Shown: piece by piece, positions 45,684 through 54,472 of the stretch
How the letters are laid out: each line of letters opens with the position of its first letter
How positions within the stretch are numbered: the stretch's first letter is position 1
Source: an uncultured Christensenella sp.
GTDB taxonomy: Bacteria > Bacillota > Clostridia > Christensenellales > UBA1242
Length of the DNA stretch: 64,000 bases
Direction of reading: 5' to 3'
NCBI GenBank assembly: GCA_949841595.1
Contig: CATKZB010000001.1
Span: 170,418-234,417, forward strand
Notes under the pieces: model-generated
Told to the model about the DNA's origin: nothing
The model's input: only the letters and a program-made list of their open reading frames with translations
The model's database searches: none
Translations under genes and position numbers: made by a program

Positions 45684-45718
45684 GAAAAGAGATGTTTGAA
45701 AAAACATCTCTTTTTTAT
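45684..45718. terminator. Bidirectional terminator shared by convergent genes
   Basis: AAGAGATGTTT-gaaa-AAACATCTCTT, flanked by A-runs and T-runs. Confidence 0.75.
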
Positions 45719-45735
45719 TAAAAAAAAGAAGATGA

Positions 45736-46254
45736 TTAAAAATCATCTTCGTCATCATCGTCCATATCATCATCTTCTTCGTCGTCATCAAAATCTAAAT
45801 CATCGTCATCTTCTTCATCAAAATCAGTTTCAATATCTTCATCATCAAGTTCATCCAACCCATCGTCATCAAGTCTGTCATCAAAGCCGATTCCCGAATC
45901 AAGATCATCATCGTCCAAAACTTCATCGTCAATATCAGAAGTCACTGTCACCATGTCTCCCGTTTCTTCATCATCGTAAATCACTTCTTCTTCGTCACGA
46001 TTTACATATTCTTCCCAATCGGAAGAAATTTCACCATCTTCTGTTTGGTGTTCTTTCAAACAAGTAGAACACATGATCTCATCTGGTTGAATATAATTAG
46101 TCTTGCAAATTGGGCAAAGTTCCAAATCTAAGTCACTTACATAATCTTCTTTCTTCGCAGAAAGTTCTGCTTTGCACACACTGCAAAGTTTATCTTTCTT
46201 TTCAATATAATTAAGTTCACATCTAGGGCATCTAACATAAACAGGTTTTTTCAT
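45736..46254 (-). CDS. Double zinc-ribbon protein with an extremely acidic C-terminal tail
   Basis: CPRC...CSVC and CPIC...CSTC pairs in the first ~70 aa. By my count 57 of the last 94 residues are D or E. The His-rich plus-strand ORF 45696..46067 is its antisense shadow. Confidence 0.7.
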   Translation of the reverse strand: MKKPVYVRCPRCELNYIEKKDKLCSVCKAELSAKKEDYVSDLDLELCPICKTNYIQPDEIMCSTCLKEHQTEDGEISSDWEEYVNRDEEEVIYDDEETGDMVTVTSDIDDEVLDDDDLDSGIGFDDRLDDDGLDELDDEDIETDFDEEDDDDLDFDDDEEDDDMDDDDEDDF

Positions 46255-46278
46255 AATAACTCCTTTTTGCTGTTATGT

Positions 46279-46307
46279 ATTCTACATACATTTATATTTA
46301 ATGTCAA
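46279..46307 (-). promoter_or_regulatory. Sigma-A-type promoter candidate for the acidic zinc-ribbon gene
   Basis: Minus strand reads aaatttagTTGACA-17 nt-TAGAAT. It shares the AAATTTAGTTGAC upstream context with the greA promoter. Confidence 0.55.
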
Positions 46308-46316
46308 CTAAATTTA

Positions 46317-46964
46317 TCAATCTTTTTTAGCTTTTTTCGCCAGCATATCTTCTGCTTGTGAAAGCCTTAAATACATTGGTGACAACTCTTCAAGTGTAAC
46401 GAATGCATTTTTCTTTTCTTTTTCAAGGGCAAAATTCAAAACATCTTCGCAAGAAATTTGGATTTCAACGACATCTTCTGCCTTTAAATCATCTTTCAAT
46501 GCAAATTTTGGCACTTTAATTGCTGAAAATTCTGCTTTATCTATCATTCTCTCTTCTTGTAATTTTATTCCATTTTTATCAAAATTTGCCACAAAAAACA
46601 AATCGGACAATGCATTGATCACGCAAAGAAAATCTCCATCAATTTTGTTATGTTTAGTCAGTGTATATGCCATAAGTTCCAAAGATGACAACGCAACAAA
46701 TTTCAAATTGTCATTGACACACCCCAATGCCTTTGCAATTGCTGTGCCTATTCTTAGTCCCGTGAATGAACCTGGTCCAACCACAACAGCAACTGTTTCA
46801 ACATCCAAAATATTTGTTTTTGCTTCTTGGCATATTTCATCTATCGTTTTTAAGACGTTTTCAGAGTGTTTGCTCTTCGCGTCAATATCTTTCAAAACTA
46901 TTTGTCCTTTTGGCGTTTTAAGTGCCAAATTTGCCGTCATAAAGGCTGTGTTAATTGCAAGCAT
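46317..46964 (-). CDS. tsaB: tRNA t6A37 biosynthesis protein TsaB
   Basis: VVVGPGSFTGLRIGTAIAKAL motif. Start trimmed to ATG 46964, which has a GAGGAG SD. Overlaps the tsaE 3' end. Confidence 0.85.
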   Translation of the reverse strand: MLAINTAFMTANLALKTPKGQIVLKDIDAKSKHSENVLKTIDEICQEAKTNILDVETVAVVVGPGSFTGLRIGTAIAKALGCVNDNLKFVALSSLELMAYTLTKHNKIDGDFLCVINALSDLFFVANFDKNGIKLQEERMIDKAEFSAIKVPKFALKDDLKAEDVVEIQISCEDVLNFALEKEKKNAFVTLEELSPMYLRLSQAEDMLAKKAKKD

Positions 46965-47394
46965 CACTGCACTCCTCAATTATTATTGTTCTCTCGTTAT
47001 CAGATTTCTTTTGAATATCAATCACAAAATCAACTTTTTTAATCAATCCTTCAACATTTTCAGACCATTCAACAAAACAAACTCCATCCAATGAGCGTTT
47101 GTCAAAATATTCTTCAAACCCAACATTCATAGCTTCTTCTGCAGAAGAAAGCCTGTACATGTCAAAATGATAAATTGGAAATTTTGCTTTATATGTGTTG
47201 AGCAGTGTAAATGTCGGACTTGTCACCAAATCTTCACACCCCAAAGCTTTCACGACACTTTTAACAAAAGTTGTTTTTCCACTTCCCAAATCACCGTTCA
47301 AAAGCACCACCATCGGTGGCTGGATCACTTTTGCAAAGGCAAATGCAAGTTCTTCAGTTTGTTTTAAATTATTTACTTCCATTTTTAACTTCAT
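46951..47394 (-). CDS. tsaE: tRNA t6A37 biosynthesis ATPase TsaE
   Basis: LNGDLGSGKTTFVKSVVKALG Walker A, then ...SPTFTLLNTY... and ...YHFDMYRL... Start is uncertain (47394, 47382 or TTG 47418). Confidence 0.85.
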   Translation of the reverse strand: MKLKMEVNNLKQTEELAFAFAKVIQPPMVVLLNGDLGSGKTTFVKSVVKALGCEDLVTSPTFTLLNTYKAKFPIYHFDMYRLSSAEEAMNVGFEEYFDKRSLDGVCFVEWSENVEGLIKKVDFVIDIQKKSDNERTIIIEECSDACN

Positions 47395-47935
47395 TAGTTT
47401 TTTTCTTCCTTTCAACAAAATATTTCAACAACAATCCCAAGGCACAGATCACAGCCGAAACAAAAACTCCTCCAAGCACATCTGTGAGATAGTGTTTCCC
47501 CAAATACATACGAGACAGGCAAACTAATCCAACATATAAAACACATGACAAAACGATATAAACACGAGACGATTTTTTCTTAAACATTCCAAACAAAAAA
47601 TATGCCAAAAATATTGCCAAAGCCGTTGCACAGGCTGCATGCCCACTTGGAAAACTAAATCCATGAACAACATCACCTATGTTTGCAATGTTTTCTGATA
47701 AATTAAATGGTCTTATTCTTTGGCAAGTTGCTTTAAGCGTGCTTACTGCCAAATAAACAAATCCATAAGAAAACAAATACCAAAAACAAAGTTTTCTTTT
47801 AAACAAAAGCAAAACCAAAGAAAAAACAACAACTCCTACCACACTTGCAAGTGCAGATATGACTTGAAAAGATACATCAAAAAATGTACTTCTTCCTGCT
47901 TGCAAAAATTCGATTAGTTTGATTTCAAAATCCAT
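47369..47935 (-). CDS. PAP2 family phosphatase (BcrC/undecaprenyl-diphosphatase-like)
   Basis: The three PAP2 motifs are present: KATCQRIRP, PSGH, and SRMYLGKHYLTD. Confidence 0.8.
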   Translation of the reverse strand: MDFEIKLIEFLQAGRSTFFDVSFQVISALASVVGVVVFSLVLLLFKRKLCFWYLFSYGFVYLAVSTLKATCQRIRPFNLSENIANIGDVVHGFSFPSGHAACATALAIFLAYFLFGMFKKKSSRVYIVLSCVLYVGLVCLSRMYLGKHYLTDVLGGVFVSAVICALGLLLKYFVERKKKTNEVKNGSK

Positions 47936-47941
47936 AAATGT

Positions 47942-47970
47942 ATTTTATCAAATTTTGACAAAAAATACAA
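47942..47970 (-). promoter_or_regulatory. Promoter candidate abutting the PAP2 ATG (leaderless candidate)
   Basis: Minus strand reads TTGTAT-17 nt-TGaTAAAAT-acattt-ATG. No SD is present. Confidence 0.4.
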
Positions 47971-48026
47971 ATAAATCTCACAATATCAAAAATCTTTAAA
48001 AATAAACAATAAAAAAGAAAATGCTT

Positions 48027-48614
48027 TCACATTTTCTTAACACTTACGCTCATTCCATTTTCAAAATCGTATATAACTGTCTCTAGGTCTTTATCATTCT
48101 GCAAAACTTCAAGAAATTTTCTTAAATTATTGACCAACGACCTATGCTTATGCTCAATCTTTTGTTGAGAACGCACCAAACCATAAAACAAGATATCATC
48201 TGCCACAAGCACACCACCTTCATTCAACATATTTTTCAAATAAGGTAGATATCTGACATATTGCCCTTTTGGACCATCCAAAAAGATGAAATCAAACTTT
48301 TTATTTTGATTTTCAATCAGAAAGTCTGAAGCATCTGCATTGACAACCTCAAATCTTCCCTCAAATCCCAATTCTTTCAAATTTTTGACAGCACACTCAG
48401 CATTTTCTTTGTTTTTTTCAATTGTTGTCACAAAACTGCCTGAAAAAGATGCCAACATAACAGAAGCCGAATAACCAATATACGTCCCAATTTCCAAAAT
48501 TTGTTTAGGCTTATGTTTTTCAATCAAAGAACTTAAAAGTTTTATGCTCTCACTTCTCACAATAGGATTATATTCATGATCTTCAAAACCAAAAAACTCT
48601 TCTTTGCTTTTCAT
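48027..48614 (-). CDS. Class I SAM-dependent O-methyltransferase (YrrM/TrmR-like)
   Basis: ILEIGTYIGYSASVM (motif I), ...DFIFLDGPKGQY..., ...VLVADDILFYG... Confidence 0.7.
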   Translation of the reverse strand: MKSKEEFFGFEDHEYNPIVRSESIKLLSSLIEKHKPKQILEIGTYIGYSASVMLASFSGSFVTTIEKNKENAECAVKNLKELGFEGRFEVVNADASDFLIENQNKKFDFIFLDGPKGQYVRYLPYLKNMLNEGGVLVADDILFYGLVRSQQKIEHKHRSLVNNLRKFLEVLQNDKDLETVIYDFENGMSVSVKKM

Positions 48615-48618
48615 ATCC

Positions 48619-50274
48619 CTAATCCAACAAACAAATCGTCAAAATCATAGGTCTACGTTTTGTACGTTTGTAAATAAAGTTTGAAACGTTTTTTCTTATT
48701 GTGTTTTTAATGATTGTTGGATCACAACCTCTTAAGTCTTGTTCTTTCAAAGATGCAACAATCATATTCTTTGTGTCTTGAACAAAAGATTCTGCTTCAT
48801 CTTGATAAACCACACCTCTTGTGATTATAAATGGATCACCAACAACATCTCCAGAAACATTGTTTATTGTCATAACAACAACACAAATTCCATCTTCAGA
48901 AAGTTGTTTTCTTTCTCTCAAAACATTGCTGTCCATATCGCCGATTCCATAACCGTCAATTAGTCTTTGTCCTGCTGTGACAATCCCCACTCTCTTTATT
49001 GAATTTGGAGTCATTTCAATTTGAGCACCAATCGTTGGAAGCAAAATATTTCTTTCTTCCATACCAAGATTCATTGCAAGTTGTTTATGCATTTTCAGAT
49101 GTCTATATTCACCATGAATAGGCATGAAAAATTTTGGTTTAACAAGCGAATGAATGGTCTTTATTTCTTCTTGGCAAGCATGTCCTGAAGCATGCACTTC
49201 AGAAAGTTCGTCATAAATTACATCTGCTCCTTTTTGGAAAAGGGAATTGATAACATTATAAACACTTTTTTCATTTCCAGGAATTGGAGATGAAGAGAAG
49301 ACAATCAAATCGTTTGGACCAATCTTAATTTGCTTGAAATCACCAGTTGCCATTCTTGGTAAAGCACTTCCTGGTTCTCCTTGACTTCCTGTTGTCACGA
49401 TGAGAAGTTCTTTGTCAGCATATTTGTCTATTTTATCGATATCAATCAAAATCTCTCTGTTAAAAGAAATTTCTCCAATCTTCATTCCAACATCTGTGAT
49501 ATTCACCATGCTTCGACCAGTGAAAGCCACTTTTCTTCCATATTTTTCTGCCAAATTTAAAATTTGTTGAAGTCTGTGAATGTTTGAAGCAAATGTCGCA
49601 ACAAAAATTCTGTTTTCAGTGTGATTTTTAAATATCTCTTCCAATGCCCTTCCAACACTCTTCTCACTCATAGAATATCCCGGACGGCAAACATTGGTGC
49701 TTTCACACATCAAAAGATTAACTCCTTTTTTGCCCAGTTCGCCAAATCTTTGAAGATCTGTCATCACTCCGTCAATAGGCTCAAAATCTATCTTAAAATC
49801 CCCTGTGTGTACAACATTTCCAGCTGGCGTTGTTATGCACAATGCAAGAGCTCCTGCAATGGAGTGAGAGACCTTTATAAATTCCACAGAAAAAGCACCA
49901 ATTTTTAAAACATTTTTAGGCTTAACTGTGATCGCTTTATAATTAACTCTTGGATGCTCTTTCATTTTGTTTTCAATCAAAGCAAGAGTCAATCTTGAAC
50001 CATAGATTGGAGCTTTAATTTGTTCCAACACAAAAGGAAGTCCACCAATATGATCTTCATGTCCATGGGTAAGGATAATCGCCTTAACTTTATCTTTATT
50101 ATTGATTAAATAAGTGAAATCTGGTATAACCACGTCAATACCCGGCAGATCTTCTCCCGGAAAAGTGAGCCCTGCATCAACAACAATGATTTCATCATTA
50201 TATTCAAATGCAGTCATATTTTTTCCGATTTCACCCACTCCACCAAGAAAGGTGATTTTAAGTTTGTTATTCAT
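48619..50274 (-). CDS. rnj: Ribonuclease J
   Basis: KITFLGGVGEIGKNM...VVDAG...THGHEDHIGG metallo-beta-lactamase/beta-CASP pattern. Start trimmed to ATG 50274, which has an AAGGAG SD. Confidence 0.92.
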   Translation of the reverse strand: MNNKLKITFLGGVGEIGKNMTAFEYNDEIIVVDAGLTFPGEDLPGIDVVIPDFTYLINNKDKVKAIILTHGHEDHIGGLPFVLEQIKAPIYGSRLTLALIENKMKEHPRVNYKAITVKPKNVLKIGAFSVEFIKVSHSIAGALALCITTPAGNVVHTGDFKIDFEPIDGVMTDLQRFGELGKKGVNLLMCESTNVCRPGYSMSEKSVGRALEEIFKNHTENRIFVATFASNIHRLQQILNLAEKYGRKVAFTGRSMVNITDVGMKIGEISFNREILIDIDKIDKYADKELLIVTTGSQGEPGSALPRMATGDFKQIKIGPNDLIVFSSSPIPGNEKSVYNVINSLFQKGADVIYDELSEVHASGHACQEEIKTIHSLVKPKFFMPIHGEYRHLKMHKQLAMNLGMEERNILLPTIGAQIEMTPNSIKRVGIVTAGQRLIDGYGIGDMDSNVLRERKQLSEDGICVVVMTINNVSGDVVGDPFIITRGVVYQDEAESFVQDTKNMIVASLKEQDLRGCDPTIIKNTIRKNVSNFIYKRTKRRPMILTICLLD

Positions 50275-50370
50275 ATTTTTCTCCTTAATAATTATTATCA
50301 TAAAACAAAAACATAACACACACTTTATGTGGCGTTTATCACAACAAAAAAGTTGTAATTCGCAGAAAAA

Positions 50371-51294
50371 TTAAAGAATATATGCTGTTTTGTTTATATT
50401 GTCAACTTCTTCAAGTTTTTTTGGTGTCAAGATTTTGTTTGCATTGATATAGAATCTCATTCCTTGACTTGTGAAAAATGCTGTCATATCAAAAACACAG
50501 AGAAGTGCTGTCACAAGTGGCACAAGCACTGTCATTGTGTAGACACCAAAGATTAAAACCAAAACCCAGAAAATAGCAAAGAAAGTCAAAATGCTTGCAA
50601 AGAAAGACCAAAAATGACGTTTTGTTGATTTCATGCCCTTTCTGTTTGCTGCAAAAACATTGCAACCAAAAACAATAAGAGCTGGTGTCCAACCAAGCAT
50701 CAACATTTGATACAGTGCAAACAAAAGCACCAACACGATGCATTCAACAAGTGGCAAAAGATATTTTATGAAATATACATTTTCAATAAGCCCTATTCCA
50801 TAAACAGTCACAAGTGCAAAAGCAGAGAACAAACAGTTGTAGATTGTTCTGCACAAAGCATAAAGCAATGATTTTCTCAAACTTCTCACCAAAGCACTAA
50901 AAAATCCCAATTTGTTTTTGCTTGCCATGTAAGAATATAACATTTCATTTAAAACATATTTTCCAAGATTGACAAAAAATGGCAAAAACACAAAAAGGAC
51001 AATCAAGCCATAAATGGCAAGCCCTAAATTTGCATTAAAAATCTCAACACAAGTGCTGTAAGAGGTGTGGATTAAATTATGCAAGTTTAGTCCTAAAGAG
51101 CCTTGAAAAACCCCTGCAAAAGCATTTTGCAAATTAGCTTGTTGAAAATTTGAGATAACCAAATCTTTAAATTCAAAAAACACAGGCAAAAACAAAGCAA
51201 AACAAAGCCCCCAAATGCAAATATAATATAGGAAAAATTTGAGGACTTTTGACCAGTTTGAGCCAAAAAGCTTTAAAGAATTTAAAAATACCAT
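50371..51294 (-). CDS. Polytopic membrane protein of unknown function
   Basis: 307 aa with about 7 hydrophobic helices and an AAGGA SD. Confidence 0.5.
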   Translation of the reverse strand: MVFLNSLKLFGSNWSKVLKFFLYYICIWGLCFALFLPVFFEFKDLVISNFQQANLQNAFAGVFQGSLGLNLHNLIHTSYSTCVEIFNANLGLAIYGLIVLFVFLPFFVNLGKYVLNEMLYSYMASKNKLGFFSALVRSLRKSLLYALCRTIYNCLFSAFALVTVYGIGLIENVYFIKYLLPLVECIVLVLLFALYQMLMLGWTPALIVFGCNVFAANRKGMKSTKRHFWSFFASILTFFAIFWVLVLIFGVYTMTVLVPLVTALLCVFDMTAFFTSQGMRFYINANKILTPKKLEEVDNINKTAYIL

Positions 51295-51400
51295 ATAATC
51301 ATCCTTTTTTCAAAGTCAAAACAAAATTGTTACACAAGGATATTATAACAAAAAGACAACAAAATGCAAAGAAAAATAATACAAAATTTAAATCTTCAAA

Positions 51401-51871
51401 TTAAACTTGAATATCAACAATTTTGTAAGAGGTTGTTCCACCAGGTGTTTGAACAGAGATAACTTCCCCTTTTGAATGCCCAATAAGAGCCTTTCCAACA
51501 GGAGAAACATTGCTTATAAGTCCATTTCTTGGATCACTTTCAGAAGAACCAGTTATTGTATACACAACTTCTTCGTCAAATTCTTCATCATAAAGAACAA
51601 CTTTGCAACCAACGCTCACTTTATCAGCATTTATCTTCTTTTTATCAATAACTTCTGCGTTGAGCAAAATTCCTTCCATTTCAGCGATTTCAGCTTCGAT
51701 TTGAGCTTGTTCGTCTTTGGCTGCGTCATATTCAGAATTTTCTGAAAGATCCCCAAATTCTCTTGCTATTCCAATACGTTTTACAACGTCAGGTCTTTTA
51801 ACTGTTTTATAAAAATTCAATTTCTCTTCAAGTTGAGTTTTTCCCTCAGGTGTCAAATAGTGTTTTTCCAT
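51401..51871 (-). CDS. greA: Transcription elongation factor GreA
   Basis: LTPEGKTQLEEKL...AREFGDLSENSEYDAAK... coiled-coil tip, plus a C-terminal FKBP-like domain. Confidence 0.93.
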   Translation of the reverse strand: MEKHYLTPEGKTQLEEKLNFYKTVKRPDVVKRIGIAREFGDLSENSEYDAAKDEQAQIEAEIAEMEGILLNAEVIDKKKINADKVSVGCKVVLYDEEFDEEVVYTITGSSESDPRNGLISNVSPVGKALIGHSKGEVISVQTPGGTTSYKIVDIQV

Positions 51872-51978
51872 AACTTATCTCCTTTATACGCAATAATCTA
51901 GTTTTCATCATAAAATTAAAAAAATCGACCTTTGTGGTCTATTTCGGTGAAATTGAACCTTTGACTTTAAACGGCTTA

Positions 51979-52007
51979 ATTATACTTAAATTTGCACTTA
52001 AAGTCAA
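51979..52007 (-). promoter_or_regulatory. Sigma-A-type promoter candidate for greA
   Basis: Minus strand reads aaatttagTTGACT-17 nt-TATAAT, giving a leader of roughly 100 nt. Confidence 0.6.
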
Positions 52008-52158
52008 CTAAATTTCAACTTTTCTTGTGTAATATATTCACCACAAGCATAAAATATTCATATTTTTTCGTTAAAAATTAAAAATAAATTAAAAAAATGG
52101 TGTTTTTTCTGAATTTTTCCAAACAATAATTCAAGAAATTAACAAAAAGGAGAACTAT

Positions 52159-52572
52159 ATGATAACTTTTATTGCTTTTATATTAACAATTTTGGGATGT
52201 ATAGACTGGCTTCTTGTAGGGCTTTTGCAATATGATTTTATTGCAGGGCTTTTTGGGTTTCAAGCCAGCATATTTTCAAGAATAATTTATATTCTTTTTG
52301 GCGTTGCTTCAGTGTATTTGGTTTTGAGAGTAATCATAAACAAAGGCACTTTCAAAGTGTATGAAAAAAAGAAAAAAAAGGAAAAACAACAAAACTCAGC
52401 CCCTGCATATGCAAATGTGGAAGCAGGCAAGGAGCACATCTCTGATAAAGAAGAAAAACAAGAAGATTTTTCAGATATTAAAGAATATAGAGATCAATAT
52501 CGTGACATTGATGAAGAAGGCTATTATTCTTCTCATGACAATCTTTTTGATGAGCATTTCAGAGACAGATAA
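52159..52572 (+). CDS. DUF378 membrane protein with a charged C-terminal extension
   Basis: ILGCIDWLLVGLLQYDFIAGLFG is the DUF378 core, followed by a ~70-aa K/E/D-rich tail. Confidence 0.7.
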   Translation: MITFIAFILTILGCIDWLLVGLLQYDFIAGLFGFQASIFSRIIYILFGVASVYLVLRVIINKGTFKVYEKKKKKEKQQNSAPAYANVEAGKEHISDKEEKQEDFSDIKEYRDQYRDIDEEGYYSSHDNLFDEHFRDR

Positions 52573-52627
52573 AACAAATAATTGACTTTTTTTGCCAAAT
52601 AAATGTATTATTAATTAAGGAGAAATT

Positions 52628-54130
52628 ATGGTAACACTCGTAATATTGGACGGTTTTGGCGAAAACAAGCAAAAATTTGGAAATGCAATAAAAAGTCAAG
52701 GCACGCCTTATCTTGATAAACTAAAAAAAATGTATCCCCACACCCTTATAAATGCCAGTGGAGAAGCTGTTGGTCTTCCAGCTGGAATTATGGGAAACAG
52801 TGAAGTTGGTCATTTGACAATTGGCAGTGGAAGAATCATTTTGCAAGATTTACAACTTATAAACAGCGAAATTGAAAATCAAAAATTTTATGAAAATCCA
52901 GCTCTTATCAAAGCTTTGACACATGCAGAAAAAAACAAAAGCAATCTTCATTTGATGGGACTTTTATCAAATGGTGGAGTTCATTCCAGCATTGAACATC
53001 TGTTTGCAATCTTGGAATTTGCAAAAAACTTTGATATACCAAATATCTACATTCATGCAATCTTGGATGGAAGAGACACTGGTGTGCGTGACGGAATCAA
53101 ATTTATCGATCAAACTGAAGAGAAAATAAGTGGCACAAATGCCAAAATCGGAACTGTCATTGGAAGAATTTATGCAATGGACAGAGAAAAACGATATGAC
53201 CGTATTGAAAAAGCCTATAATATGCTCTTTTGTGGCAAAGGGACAAAATATCAAACTGCAGTTGAAGCTGTCAAATCCAATTACGAAAACGGAATATATG
53301 ACGAATATATGGAGTCTTGCATCATCGACAAAAATGCAACAATAAAAGATAACGACAGCGTTCTTTTCTTCAACTATCGCTCTGACCGTGCAAGAGAAAT
53401 CACATTTGCAATCACAGATGAAAACTTCAAACAATTTAAAACAAAAAAAGTTAACAATTTGTTGTTCACAGCAATGACACAATATGCTGATGAATTGAAA
53501 GACTTAAACACTCTTTATCCCCCAACAAGGATTGAAGATAACTTGGCTTGTGTTTTGTCAGAAAACAACAAAACACAATTTCATATTTCAGAAACAACAA
53601 AATTTGCACATGTCACATTCTTCTTTAATGGAGGAATTGAAAAACCTTACAAAGGAGAGGATCGAAAGCTTATTGACAGCATAAATGTTAAAGATTTTTC
53701 GGACTATCCAAAAATGAGAGCAATCGAAATCACTCAAGATGTTTTAGAAGCAATCGCATCAACAAAATATGATTTTATTTTGGTCAACTATTCCAACCCA
53801 GATATGCTTGGTCACACAGGAAATTTCAACAGCACAAAAGAAGCCATCGAATGTGTTGATAAACAAGCTTATGCTGTGGCTTTGGCGACACTTATGGCTG
53901 GTGGAGAATGCATCATCACTGCTGACCACGGAAATGCAGAAGAAATGATTGACAAAGACGGCAACAAACTCACAAAACATACCACAAATCCAGTTCCTTT
54001 GATTTTGGTAAGCGAGAAAAACAAGAAAGTGCGCTTAAAAAAAGGAAAATCTCTGACGGCAATTGCACCAACAGTGCTCAAACTGCTTGACATAGAAATT
54101 CCTCAAACTTTTGACAAACCTCTTTTTTAA
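52628..54130 (+). CDS. gpmI: 2,3-bisphosphoglycerate-independent phosphoglycerate mutase
   Basis: LVILDGFG..., ...GNSEVGHLTIGSGR..., ...SNGGVHS..., ...LDGRDT..., ...ADHGNAE... Confidence 0.95.
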   Translation: MVTLVILDGFGENKQKFGNAIKSQGTPYLDKLKKMYPHTLINASGEAVGLPAGIMGNSEVGHLTIGSGRIILQDLQLINSEIENQKFYENPALIKALTHAEKNKSNLHLMGLLSNGGVHSSIEHLFAILEFAKNFDIPNIYIHAILDGRDTGVRDGIKFIDQTEEKISGTNAKIGTVIGRIYAMDREKRYDRIEKAYNMLFCGKGTKYQTAVEAVKSNYENGIYDEYMESCIIDKNATIKDNDSVLFFNYRSDRAREITFAITDENFKQFKTKKVNNLLFTAMTQYADELKDLNTLYPPTRIEDNLACVLSENNKTQFHISETTKFAHVTFFFNGGIEKPYKGEDRKLIDSINVKDFSDYPKMRAIEITQDVLEAIASTKYDFILVNYSNPDMLGHTGNFNSTKEAIECVDKQAYAVALATLMAGGECIITADHGNAEEMIDKDGNKLTKHTTNPVPLILVSEKNKKVRLKKGKSLTAIAPTVLKLLDIEIPQTFDKPLF

Positions 54131-54156
54131 ATTTGTTAAAAATTTTTAAATATCAC

Positions 54157-54187
54157 TTGACAAACTCCCCCCCCCGCAATTTATACT
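54157..54187 (+). promoter_or_regulatory. Promoter candidate with a C9 tract in the -35/-10 spacer
   Basis: TTGACA (54157..54162), then a 19-nt spacer aactCCCCCCCCCgcaatt, then TATACT (54182..54187). An AAGGAGG SD and ATG 54219 follow. Confidence 0.5.
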
Positions 54188-54218
54188 TTATTTAAGAATA
54201 AAAAAAGGAGGCTTACAA

Positions 54219-54443
54219 ATGAAAACAGCAGCAAAAGTGTTTATCATATTGAGTATGGTTTTCGGTTTTTGGGTTATTCTTCCATTGATTTTCGGTGGAA
54301 TAGCATTGGGAAAACTTAAAACTGCAACAACAAAATCAGAACTCACCACTTCAGCAGTGCTTGTATTGTTGTTCTGCAGCTTACTTGGTGGAATCTTCAT
54401 GCTTTGCATTTCAGAAGAAGAACTTGCAGCAAACAAGCAATAA
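54219..54443 (+). CDS. Small 2-TM membrane protein (74 aa)
   Basis: Strong AAGGAGG SD. Two hydrophobic helices are separated by KLKTATTKSE. Confidence 0.6.
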   Translation: MKTAAKVFIILSMVFGFWVILPLIFGGIALGKLKTATTKSELTTSAVLVLLFCSLLGGIFMLCISEEELAANKQ

Positions 54444-54472
54444 GAAAAAGAACCAAATTGGTTCTTTTTTTA
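54444..54472. terminator. Bidirectional terminator
   Basis: GAACCAAATTGGTTC palindrome, flanked by an A-run and a T8 run. Confidence 0.6.

Noticed and set aside
45696-46067. 123-aa His/Arg/Leu-rich plus-strand ORF
   Set aside because: It is the antisense reading of the GAT/GAA-rich acidic tail of the minus-strand zinc-ribbon gene. It has no SD, and its composition is an artefact of codon complementarity.
51872-51978. Possible GraL-like attenuator or terminator in the ~100-nt greA leader (GACC-acaaa-GGTC followed by T7)
   Set aside because: The stem is only about 4 bp, too weak to call an intrinsic terminator from sequence alone.
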